This document shows, piece after piece, positions 1-8,861 of a stretch of 64,000 nucleotides of DNA. Origin of the DNA: Candidatus Moraniibacteriota bacterium. Lineage in GTDB: Bacteria > Patescibacteriota > Minisyncoccia > Moranbacterales > UBA1568. The stretch lies in assembly GCA_030648835.1 (NCBI GenBank), contig JAUSGT010000002.1, forward strand, positions 373,458 through 437,457, in the 5' to 3' direction. The position numbers were made by a program, and so were the translations under genes. The notes beneath the pieces were generated by a model that saw only the letters and a list, made by a program, of their open reading frames with translations, had not been told where the DNA came from and made no database searches. The first letter of the stretch is position 1; each line of letters starts with the position of its first letter.

Positions 1-2
1 CC

Positions 3-2018
3 ATCTACGAGCAAGACTTTAAATATAAGAGGCGCTTTTCTCAGAAAGTTGTGATTCCAAAAATATCTAAGGAATACTCATTATTTTGGAGTAGTGTAGT
101 AGGTAATTACCCTAAAGAGTTTAGGAATATTATTTTAGAGGAATATAAGTCAGCATTAGATATAGAGATTCCAACGTTGAAACCAAAAATTCTCAGTAGT
201 CTTTATAAGAATAACAAACTAACCCCTAGAGCAATCTCACGTTTTGAGCTAGATAATTATTCTTCAGCTGGGCTTTTTACTGACACTATTTTTTTTATGG
301 ATGCCACTAAGGGGTTGGACATAATAGATTTTTGGAACTTAAGAGCTACAGGAAGAAAAGTTGTCCCATTTCCTATCCAGTATTCGAAAGATAAAGAAAT
401 TCAGAAAATTGTTCGTGATTTTATAAATATGTCTTATGGTTCTTTAAAGCACAACCCTAAAATATTCAATCACGCATCTTTTATAAAGAGCCGTAGCCTG
501 GAGATGAAACAGATGGAGCAAGCTGTTAAAAGTTTAAAAGTTAGAAAGAAATCTTCTCCAAAAGGTGGGCTATATTTTTCATTGCAATGGTGGTACCCAA
601 GAATGTGGCAAGAAAATTATGTTGATTCTGATAACGTAATACCTGTCGAGGTTTATAATAGTACTCAGAGCATAGATGTAATAGATGAAGATGGAACAAT
701 CTCTTTGCCACCAGTCTTACCTAAGTTTCTTGGGGAAAATCAATCTCTTTTCAGAAGAAAAGTAGGATATGTAAATGAGATAAACATTACCCCTTATAGT
801 TTTGGTTCAAAAATGATTTCTCAAGTATTTCCAATGGGTAAGGAGAACACTTTAAGAGTTATTGATCCTTTGGGGATGCCTGAACAATGGAGAGTAGGGA
901 AAAAGTCTTTAATAAGAGAAGTCTCTTATCAGCATTCCCAGAGGTGGGCTGTTCCTGATTCTCAAGATATATTTTTTTCTTGGCTTAAGGATCTTGGTTT
1001 TAGCGACCTCAAACTTTCTCCCCCTGGTATTTTAGCTAAACAGATTTTTTTTCAGTTAGATGGTTGGCTTAGGATTTTTGCTATTAATGGCATTCTAGAA
1101 CTTTTTGATTCAATGAGTAGGGGGTCTCATAGTGAAGTTGGTATGGCTGTAGGGGCTGTGAAGTCAAAGATCGAACTAATGGGTCGTGATACACAGTTCT
1201 TGGATTTTTTAAATACAAAGAAGATATTTAAAATTGGTGCTAATATTCAGTGCCCGAAGTGTTTCCGTCATTCTTGGTACAGTCTTAGTGATCTAAAAGA
1301 AGAAACAATTTGTTTGAAGTGTCTTAATTCGTTTCCTACAATTTCAAGTATTAATAATAAATGCTGGTATTATAAAACAGCCGGACCTTTCAGTATAGGA
1401 AATCACGCAGAGGGAGCGTATTCTGTCTTGCTATGCTATGATTTTTTCGTAAATGTTATGCATCTGAAAACTAGCGTTGCGTTTAGTTTTAATTTTGAGA
1501 AAAACGGGGAAAAACTTGAAGCTGATTTGGGCTTGTTATGGCTTGATAGTCTTTTTGACAATGTTTCAAATAATACGTTATTCGCAGAGTGTAAGTCTTA
1601 TAACAATTTTGAACAAGGAGATATAGATAGGATGGCTCTTTTAGTTCAAAATTTTCCTGGGGCTGTAATAGTCTTTTCCACACTTAAAAACGAGCTTACT
1701 GTCAACGAGAAAAAGATGATTAAGAAACTTGCAAAAAAATGTAGGAAGTATCATAAAAATAATCTTCCTATAAATCCGCTGCTTGTGCTTACCTCTAATG
1801 AATTACTTTCATTACATCACCCACCGTATTGTTGGAGGGGGAATAGCAAACTTACAGAGAGAGAAAAAAGTAGTATACACTCTTTGTATGATATATGTAA
1901 TGCGAGCCAAAAAATTTATCTTGATCTACCTTCTTGGTATTCTGAATGGGATGAAGAGTGGAAAAAGAAATCTGCTGTGAGAAAAAAGAAGCTGAATGCA
2001 GAATATGTTTGTGAGTAA
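3..2018 (+). CDS. 5'-truncated large protein with Zn-ribbon (CPKC...CLKC) and C-terminal PD-(D/E)xK-like nuclease domain
   Basis: Frame is open from position 3 to the stop at 2018. Motifs CPKC..CLKC and LEADL...LFAECKSY (D...ExK). Confidence 0.6.
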   Translation: MYEQDFKYKRRFSQKVVIPKISKEYSLFWSSVVGNYPKEFRNIILEEYKSALDIEIPTLKPKILSSLYKNNKLTPRAISRFELDNYSSAGLFTDTIFFMDATKGLDIIDFWNLRATGRKVVPFPIQYSKDKEIQKIVRDFINMSYGSLKHNPKIFNHASFIKSRSLEMKQMEQAVKSLKVRKKSSPKGGLYFSLQWWYPRMWQENYVDSDNVIPVEVYNSTQSIDVIDEDGTISLPPVLPKFLGENQSLFRRKVGYVNEINITPYSFGSKMISQVFPMGKENTLRVIDPLGMPEQWRVGKKSLIREVSYQHSQRWAVPDSQDIFFSWLKDLGFSDLKLSPPGILAKQIFFQLDGWLRIFAINGILELFDSMSRGSHSEVGMAVGAVKSKIELMGRDTQFLDFLNTKKIFKIGANIQCPKCFRHSWYSLSDLKEETICLKCLNSFPTISSINNKCWYYKTAGPFSIGNHAEGAYSVLLCYDFFVNVMHLKTSVAFSFNFEKNGEKLEADLGLLWLDSLFDNVSNNTLFAECKSYNNFEQGDIDRMALLVQNFPGAVIVFSTLKNELTVNEKKMIKKLAKKCRKYHKNNLPINPLLVLTSNELLSLHHPPYCWRGNSKLTEREKSSIHSLYDICNASQKIYLDLPSWYSEWDEEWKKKSAVRKKKLNAEYVCE

Positions 2019-2065
2019 AATCGGGACTCTGATAAAGTAGAGGTATTATTTTTTTACTACTGTTT

Positions 2066-2305
2066 ATGAGTAATCAAGAAAGAATTTATAAGTTATGTTT
2101 TTATTGTGAGCACCCCATTATAGAGAATGACAGATTATCAATTGGCTCTATAACTCATGCAGGACTGAAATATAATATCTCAAAGAGACACAGGGAGAAA
2201 ATAGCCTCAATTACTAATAGCGCAGCTTACGAATCGGATCTTATGCACTTACATTGTTATGATTCCGTTGCGTCAGAATTAGGGTTTGGTAATGGTATGT
2301 ATTGA
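2066..2305 (+). CDS. small hypothetical protein, possible Zn-binding (CFYC ... HLHC)
   Basis: 79-aa ATG ORF co-oriented with its neighbours; CxxC and HxxC motifs. Confidence 0.45.
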   Translation: MSNQERIYKLCFYCEHPIIENDRLSIGSITHAGLKYNISKRHREKIASITNSAAYESDLMHLHCYDSVASELGFGNGMY

Positions 2306-2321
2306 AGAGGTTGAGACCACT

Positions 2322-2420
2322 ATGTATATCAAAGGGAATTGTAGTAAATGTCACGAATACGGTAGTCTTGAACCAGACGATTCTTTTCGGAATGGTTTTT
2401 GTGAGGATTTTGATTTATAA
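2322..2420 (+). CDS. possible 32-aa microprotein MYIKGNCSKCHEYGSLEPDDSFRNGFCEDFDL
   Basis: Translated by hand. GAGG lies upstream and the stop is 3 nt before the next ATG. Confidence 0.3.
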   Translation: MYIKGNCSKCHEYGSLEPDDSFRNGFCEDFDL

Positions 2421-2423
2421 AGT

Positions 2424-3230
2424 ATGAAAAAACAATTTACCATATTATCAATTATAGCTTTACTATTTTTGGGGAGCCTTGTTTTCGCTATCCCAACAGT
2501 ATCTTCTGCTGAATGTTGGATTTATGGATCGGCTGCAACGGAGGATTACTTAACGGGAGAGTGTAAATGCAGAGCGGGCTATATTATGAGTGATAGACAC
2601 TGCACAAGTGGGGCTACGGCGTGTCTTCTTAAAAATGGCGGATTTTCAACGTATAATGAATCGAAAGGTTCTTGTGAATGCCTTTTCGGCTATACGCTAG
2701 ATAACACTAATCGATGTGTTAAAAAACAAAATAATGTTTACTTTACATTAGAGGAATTAGATACGGGCAACAAGAAGGCGATAATTAGAAGTAACAGTGA
2801 TTTTAATTACTACTTAGTGATTTATAATACTGGTTGTTATGATCGTTCGTTTGAAAGGTATTTAGGAAAACAGATAGTTATAAATTTAGGAACGGATTAC
2901 TATTTGGATACTTTGGACAAAATAGTGTTACAAGATGACAATGAAACATGTGACATAATAAGTAGAGAAAAAGTTGATTCGAGTACAACTTTAAAAGAAG
3001 AAGGTGTGATAATCAAAAGAAGTTATCCATCAACAGTAGTTCCTGAAATTAAAAGAAAACAGGCTGCCATACCTGATACCAACAACAATCCAACAAAAAA
3101 TTCTTCAGTAGAAACTAATACAAATGAAAGTGGATTTAACCCATTTTTTGTTTTAGTTTTTATAATTCTTAGCGGAGGATTTGTCTGGATAATTTGGAAA
3201 TCAATGAAGAATAACATTGAAAGATTATGA
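2424..3230 (+). CDS. secreted/surface protein with Cys-rich EGF-like repeats and C-terminal TM anchor
   Basis: N-terminal signal peptide, CxCxxGY repeats (CKCRAGY, CECLFGY), C-terminal hydrophobic helix followed by basic residues. Confidence 0.7.
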   Translation: MKKQFTILSIIALLFLGSLVFAIPTVSSAECWIYGSAATEDYLTGECKCRAGYIMSDRHCTSGATACLLKNGGFSTYNESKGSCECLFGYTLDNTNRCVKKQNNVYFTLEELDTGNKKAIIRSNSDFNYYLVIYNTGCYDRSFERYLGKQIVINLGTDYYLDTLDKIVLQDDNETCDIISREKVDSSTTLKEEGVIIKRSYPSTVVPEIKRKQAAIPDTNNNPTKNSSVETNTNESGFNPFFVLVFIILSGGFVWIIWKSMKNNIERL

Positions 3231-4444
3231 AAAATAAAATATTCAGTTTAATCAAAGTTACCTCGCTGGTATTTTTAGTAATATTTATTGCACTAGTTAT
3301 TAATTATGCATTCCAATATTTCTGGATTTCTCCACGCTATTGGGGTGGCACAGTTACGCGATCAAACGAGAAAGTGGCAAATACTACGAAAAACTTTATT
3401 AACCTCTATGGATCTGAAAAATTTGCCGCGCTCAATCCTGCTCAAATCAAAAAAGATTATTCTGCGCTCGGCTATAATCTTTTTCTTGAGATAAGACGAA
3501 GTAATCAGGTTGTCGTACGTACTACCTATGCGATTTCTACTATCTTAGATGACCCAAAGACCCATTATACGATTGATTGTGCAATTCCCGGTGTGGGTGA
3601 AAGCTGCTCTATTTTAATTCTAGAGGATGTTAATTCTAAAGCACGTGATTTTAACGCAAATCATACCAATTGGTTGAAAAACTGGTTTATCGCCCCAAAA
3701 GATAATTTCGAAGATAAATATAATAACATTACATGGCCGTTTTTTGTAGCTTTGAGTAGCTCTTCATTGATTGCGACTATTATTCTTGGTTGGTATTTTT
3801 ATGCTAACAAGAAAAAAAGAATATTTCGGGAAAAAGAAGAAGAAAGTCAGAAACTTGAAGAACATATAATAGAGCTTCATCAGATTTTAAGTAATACAAA
3901 AGAGGAAGCTGAAACGGCGAGAGTTGAACTAGACAGGCTTAATTCAGACACAACAACAAACACACAAGAAAATGAGTCTGAAAAGCAGAGACTGCATGAA
4001 AGGGTTAATGAATTAGAAGCCGAGAAGAAAGAGGTAGATGAGGAGGTATTAGTATTTATTGACATTCGGGCAATAGAGAGAGCTATGCGCAATATAATTC
4101 ACAAAAAACTGTCTCAGAGATACCCCCATGGGAATTATTGGGATGTCGCAATTCCAAATGACATAAGAGAACGACTAAGGGATCGTTTAACTTGGCTTAA
4201 GGAGCAAGACAACAGAAAAAGGATTGATGAAACCTATTTCGGCGAGTGCAGAGATATTATAAGGTACAATTATGGTTTATTTGTGGGTATATTTGGGAGA
4301 AAAGATGACGCAATGTCGTATTTCAGAATACTGATTAATACCAGGAATGCACTAGCTCATGACAGAGAAAACAGTGATTTGAGATATATACCTAACGCCA
4401 TAGAATGGGCAAAAAGAAAACTGGAAATAAACAACGATGCATAG
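3227..4444 (+). CDS. 2TM + extracytoplasmic loop + coiled coil + Swt1-like HEPN domain protein
   Basis: Hydrophobic helices at about aa 5-33 and 168-192; E/K-rich coil; IERAMRNII and the RxxxxH motif RNALAH (R373-H378). ATGA overlap with the upstream ORF. Confidence 0.7.
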   Translation: MKNKIFSLIKVTSLVFLVIFIALVINYAFQYFWISPRYWGGTVTRSNEKVANTTKNFINLYGSEKFAALNPAQIKKDYSALGYNLFLEIRRSNQVVVRTTYAISTILDDPKTHYTIDCAIPGVGESCSILILEDVNSKARDFNANHTNWLKNWFIAPKDNFEDKYNNITWPFFVALSSSSLIATIILGWYFYANKKKRIFREKEEESQKLEEHIIELHQILSNTKEEAETARVELDRLNSDTTTNTQENESEKQRLHERVNELEAEKKEVDEEVLVFIDIRAIERAMRNIIHKKLSQRYPHGNYWDVAIPNDIRERLRDRLTWLKEQDNRKRIDETYFGECRDIIRYNYGLFVGIFGRKDDAMSYFRILINTRNALAHDRENSDLRYIPNAIEWAKRKLEINNDA

Positions 4445-5909
4445 GGAGATACTAACTTTTATGGAAAGTACACTTTTTATTACGCCGAGTAGACCACTTG
4501 ATGAAATAAGCCGGCTTATTGGCAATGGGCTAAAAAAGAACGGCCTTATCGAAAAAGGAAATCCGCGAAGAGCGAATACTCGTTTTAAATTATCTGAGAA
4601 TGATTACTTTGTAGGGTTTTCTTGGTGTTACGAAACTATTCCTGATAGTGTAGTAATCCTTCTGGAAATCTCAAAATACTATGAAGAAGAGGAGAGAAAG
4701 AAGGATACCCCATCTAAGTTAACCAAGCCTGAAATAATCAACTATGCCAAAAGCTTTAAGAAATATATTGAATCTGAACAACTGCCAATATCAGAGGTGA
4801 AAATAAAACAATTTAAATTATCGAAGTCTTTGTCTGTAGAATATGAACTGGGTAATAAAATTGTTTCGCCATCAAAGAGGGGGGCATTGCATAACCCATT
4901 TGAACTTAGAGCGTTGCCGGAATCAATTCGTGTATATTGGCCTGCGGGGTCTCTTAACGAAAGTGATCGGGCGTGTAGAATGCTTGCCGATAGTTTGATA
5001 AGATTCGGCGTTAGGGGGGCAAGAATGTTCCCAGAACTTTATAATAATCAAACGCTACCTTTACCGGATAATGATTCTTTTGAGTGTATAATTATTATTC
5101 CTAATATTGAGGATGAATTAGCAAAGCCACTTATTGTAGAATTAAAGAAACGACCCAGGGGCATACATATATTTGATTTTGATGATAATGGCAATCAATA
5201 CAAATTTGACAATTTGGCCGCTGGTATTTTATATAATAGTGGCAGTGAACTTTGGAGAGTTCATGGTTTGGATCAAAATAACTCCATATATGTTGGTATT
5301 GACTTAGGTCACGACCCCAAACTAAGAAAGTCTAAAATATGTATGACTTTTATTGACAAGAATGGTCGGGAGCTTTCTGAGCATAGGTATATTGCAGAGG
5401 ACTTACCTTTGAATGAAAAACAACAACTGATAGGTATTCTTACTGATAAGTTAGAAAAAATTCAAAAAGAAAATGGATTTGAAAACGTTATTATTCACAA
5501 AGATGGCCGAATTCTGGAAAATCACGATACGCTTTATTACACACTAAAACAAAAATTTGGAAGCGTCTCGCTTATTGAAGTAGTAAAGTCAAATTCAGCC
5601 TTTATTCTAGATCCAGAATCTAAAATGGGTGATATTTTTGATTTTGGAAATTTTATACTTTTACAAACGTTACCATTTAACCACCTTGGGAAATGTACTG
5701 AGCCTATAAAAATTAAGATACTGAAATCCGATTTAGATAGGATGTTTCTTATTGACAATGTATTTAAACTTTCGAAGGCTTTTTGCGGAGATTCATTATA
5801 CGCAGACAAGAAATTACCAATTACAACACATATTGCTGATCGATTCTCATCATTCCAAACAGGTAAGACGTTACAGTCGTTTAATATTGCGAAAAAGTGG
5901 ATAAAATAA
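4437..5909 (+). CDS. prokaryotic Argonaute (compact MID-PIWI) with predicted DEDD catalytic tetrad
   Basis: PIWI motifs in the correct order: YVGIDLGH (D289), PLNEK (E327), VIIHKDGR (D356), LIEVVKS, KLPITTHIADRF (D468). MID C-terminal NLAAGILYNSGSELWRV. 8-nt overlap with the HEPN gene. Confidence 0.85.
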   Translation: MHREILTFMESTLFITPSRPLDEISRLIGNGLKKNGLIEKGNPRRANTRFKLSENDYFVGFSWCYETIPDSVVILLEISKYYEEEERKKDTPSKLTKPEIINYAKSFKKYIESEQLPISEVKIKQFKLSKSLSVEYELGNKIVSPSKRGALHNPFELRALPESIRVYWPAGSLNESDRACRMLADSLIRFGVRGARMFPELYNNQTLPLPDNDSFECIIIIPNIEDELAKPLIVELKKRPRGIHIFDFDDNGNQYKFDNLAAGILYNSGSELWRVHGLDQNNSIYVGIDLGHDPKLRKSKICMTFIDKNGRELSEHRYIAEDLPLNEKQQLIGILTDKLEKIQKENGFENVIIHKDGRILENHDTLYYTLKQKFGSVSLIEVVKSNSAFILDPESKMGDIFDFGNFILLQTLPFNHLGKCTEPIKIKILKSDLDRMFLIDNVFKLSKAFCGDSLYADKKLPITTHIADRFSSFQTGKTLQSFNIAKKWIK

Positions 5910-5971
5910 AAATATGAAAAATAAACTTCTCTATTTTGCGGTAAACTTTTAAATAAGTGAGACAGAAAAAC

Positions 5972-6463
5972 ATGGAAACAAAAGATCCTATTCAAAAAGA
6001 TTCAGGAAAAAAGTGGCCGAAAACACTGCTTAAATATTTGTTTGCCATAATCATCATTTTCGTATTGCTGTTTAGTTTGGTCGGTTCTTACGAAGATCTA
6101 CTTGATGTGTCCTTTTTGGTCTTCGTTCTTGCGGTGATTACCGTTATAGCACTTATAGCCGGGGGTTTGCTGACAGGGTATGAACATGTTAAGCCGATAG
6201 CAGATAAATTTGAGGACGAGAATGTATGGCAGTATATCAGAATGGCGATCATCAGATTATTGATTGGTGGGTTCATAATTTATTGGATGATTGGTGGCGA
6301 GGGATTTCTTAGTCTTGACAGCCTCGAAAATATCGTTCATAATCTTGGGAAATTTTCTCTCTGGATTTTTGCAATATATTTTGTTCTGGCCGGGCTAAAG
6401 AGTCTCTATTGGGTTATTCGAGAAGTAATAAAAAATTTAACGAGTGATGGAGACGAGGATTGA
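5972..6463 (+). CDS. hypothetical integral membrane protein (about 4 TM)
   Basis: Four hydrophobic segments; the ATG at 5972 is preferred over the GTG at 5957. Confidence 0.65.
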   Translation: METKDPIQKDSGKKWPKTLLKYLFAIIIIFVLLFSLVGSYEDLLDVSFLVFVLAVITVIALIAGGLLTGYEHVKPIADKFEDENVWQYIRMAIIRLLIGGFIIYWMIGGEGFLSLDSLENIVHNLGKFSLWIFAIYFVLAGLKSLYWVIREVIKNLTSDGDED

Positions 6464-6478
6464 TTTCAAGAGATAAAG

Positions 6479-7420
6479 ATGAACCAGGATAATTTCGTTA
6501 AAATTGAAGGGTGTTTCAGACAAGCTAGAATCACTAGCGAGCTTGCGGATTCTTCGGTTGCAAAATATCGTGATTCAATTAAGAAATTCTTTTCTGTCAT
6601 TGGCAACAAAGATTTTGAATTACTGGTAATCGTTGACTTTGAGAACTTGATTCTAAAAATGCGGGATAATGGTGCGGGTAATTCCAGGATTGCCAACGTA
6701 ATTTCTGCTGTTAAGTGGCTTACTAAAAAACTTCAAGATGGGGGAAAAATACCAAAAACGCTTGATTTAGAGAAGGTAAAAAAACCGAAAATTGAAAGGA
6801 AGGAAGTTGAATATTTGAACGATCAAGAAATAAAAAGGCTCATTGACTGTATTTTAGACGATCTTTCAAAAGGGGAATTCATAAGGAAGGTGAGGATAAT
6901 GGCGCTTGTAGTGTTTTTACTAGAAAGCGGTGCAAGAATTGGCGAAGCCCTTTCAATCAAAATTGAAAAAATTGACTGGGATAACAATGAAATCCCCATT
7001 GTTGGAAAAGGGAAAAAACCGAGAACGTTGTTTTTCAGGGATCGTTCTAAATATTGGTTTCAAAAGTATTTATCCATAAGAAAAAGTGATAGCGAGTTTT
7101 TGTTTGTTACTCTCAGTGGCTTGGCTAAATGGTCACAAACAGACGTAGGGAGATCTTTTAGACGGTATAGGAACTTGTCCGGAATAAAGAAAAAGCTTGT
7201 TTTGCATACACTGAGGCATACTACTGCTACCCAACTATCATTTAAGGGCGCTCAATTTAACGAAATACAAGCCCTTTTGGGTCACGCTCGACTAGAAACC
7301 ACAGTAAAGTATTATATCGGCGCGGCAGGAAAACAGAGGGTCAAGAAAATGATGCAGGATAAATACTATGATTTCATTCCTGAATCAGTGTTGAAAGTTA
7401 ATAAATCAGTGAAGGCATAG
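6479..7420 (+). CDS. tyrosine recombinase/integrase (XerC/D-like)
   Basis: Catalytic set visible: ESGARIGE (R), GKGKK (K), HTLRH, LLGH, TVKYY (Y). Confidence 0.92.
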   Translation: MNQDNFVKIEGCFRQARITSELADSSVAKYRDSIKKFFSVIGNKDFELLVIVDFENLILKMRDNGAGNSRIANVISAVKWLTKKLQDGGKIPKTLDLEKVKKPKIERKEVEYLNDQEIKRLIDCILDDLSKGEFIRKVRIMALVVFLLESGARIGEALSIKIEKIDWDNNEIPIVGKGKKPRTLFFRDRSKYWFQKYLSIRKSDSEFLFVTLSGLAKWSQTDVGRSFRRYRNLSGIKKKLVLHTLRHTTATQLSFKGAQFNEIQALLGHARLETTVKYYIGAAGKQRVKKMMQDKYYDFIPESVLKVNKSVKA

Positions 7421-7422
7421 TA

Positions 7423-7686
7423 AATGTCGTCAAAACGTTATTCTTTGGTTTAGCCTCCAAGCTGCCAAATCTGGTCGGGTAGAATACGACAGCGTCCACC
7501 ATAATCTCCAAAGGCTCATCAAAGAGGCTCTTAGGCCTACTAATTGGCGTCTGATGAGCGATGGAGTCACTTATCGCCTTGGGTTTCCTCCAAGGGCGCT
7601 TAAGAGGTGTAGAAGGTGAAGAAGCTCTCCGAAAGCTCGTAGAATTAGAGCAAAAAAAGTTAACTCCTAAAAAGAGGAATTTATGA
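7423..7686 (+). pseudogene. probable frameshifted 3' remnant of a hypothetical gene
   Basis: Reads VILWFSLQAAKSGRVEYDSVHHNLQRLIKEALRPTNWRLMSDGVTYR, then after a 1-nt shift LGFLQGRLRGVEGEEALRKLVELEQKK..., ending in an ATGA overlap with the next gene. No start codon in that frame. Confidence 0.35.
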
Positions 7687-8462
7687 ACGAAAATGCCAAG
7701 GGAAAGATCGAATTTCTTATTCAAGATAACCTACGCGCCATTAAATCGAAACATCCAAAGATCGCGTTGAAGGCAGATCCCAATATTTTAGAACAAGACA
7801 AAAAGAAATCTGCGGAAGAGATCGCGCTTACTCTGCCTTCTCTTCAGAAGCATCTTGATGAATTGTTACCATTTATCCAAAATCTTCGAAAGCATATTCA
7901 GGATATTACTGAACAGACGCATATTTGTGCTGCTTATCTGTTACTTGCTCGTGCTACGCAAGATTGGAAATCGTTACTTTCCTTGGCAGAGAAGGGAGAT
8001 ATCGGCTGTTGGTCATTCATACGTCTAATTAAGGAATCTGTAGCACTCGCAGATCTTTTCGCTTTGGAATCTAGAGGAGATAGTCGTAAGTATATTGAAA
8101 AATGGTTTTCCGGACAGATTATTGGTCATGCAGCCTACAGAGAGGTTCAGACGGAATTCATGCGTCAAGATCCAAGCAACGCAGGTATTGATATAGAAGC
8201 CATGGCCACGGAGCTTTATCAAATGGAGTCTTTGGTAATTCACGCTTCATATAGCACGATGCTAGAGAGCGTAAGTCCATTCACGGAAGATTTTGACTAT
8301 ACAGGCCGTACCCAATATTCTCGTACTAGTAAGGCTTTGGGATATGCTCATGGCACTATGGTAAATATGAATATTGTTCTGAAATCAGTCTATCTTTTCC
8401 TAATCAAAGATAGCAATGCATACGAGGATCTTGATAAGATACTGATTAAATACTCGAGATAG
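7683..8462 (+). CDS. all-alpha hypothetical protein, DUF5677/HEPN-like
   Basis: Pattern ...FIRLIKES... and LYQMESLVIHAS resembles the R-x3-E and Y-x-x-x-S-x-x-x-H pattern of DUF5677-type proteins. Confidence 0.4.
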   Translation: MNENAKGKIEFLIQDNLRAIKSKHPKIALKADPNILEQDKKKSAEEIALTLPSLQKHLDELLPFIQNLRKHIQDITEQTHICAAYLLLARATQDWKSLLSLAEKGDIGCWSFIRLIKESVALADLFALESRGDSRKYIEKWFSGQIIGHAAYREVQTEFMRQDPSNAGIDIEAMATELYQMESLVIHASYSTMLESVSPFTEDFDYTGRTQYSRTSKALGYAHGTMVNMNIVLKSVYLFLIKDSNAYEDLDKILIKYSR

Positions 8463-8465
8463 ATA

Positions 8466-8639
8466 GAGACACCAAGCTGTCTCATATGGTAAAATAAGAC
8501 AGGGTCTGTCCTGTGTCTCATTTGTCTCGTTTTACCCCCAAAACCGCGACCCGAGAGCCTCAATCCACTCGTCGGCCAAGACCTCCAAGAAATCCCTCAA
8601 CGGCTTGATTTCTCAAAGTTCTAGACCGATGACGCCCGC
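8466..8639. repeat. 174-bp direct repeat, copy 1
   Basis: Near-identical to 9881-10054; contains internal GAGACA/TGTCTC inverted motifs. Confidence 0.95.
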
Positions 8640-8861
8640 AGTGAACGTTAGTGAACGGAGGAGAGGAGGAAGCCAACTGCTTGGCTTCCGTGATGGATGA
8701 GAAAGGCGGAGCGATGTTTCGCGAGTACGCGAAACCGTGAGCCAGGGTCGTGGAAATTTATGAGCGTCGGCGAATAAATTATCCCTGACCGAATCCCTGC
8801 CTCTCTGTAGGCAGGTTTCCCTCTTCGCCAAAATTGAAAATCGGAATCGGAAGCTGAAAAT

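Noticed and set aside
4437-5909. Alternative call as generic RNase H/transposase or PIWI-RE
   Set aside because: The ordered motifs GID, HKDG, EVVKS and LPxTxHxAD plus the upstream MID-like helix fit Argonaute PIWI. No DinG helicase/REase pair typical of PIWI-RE operons is adjacent.
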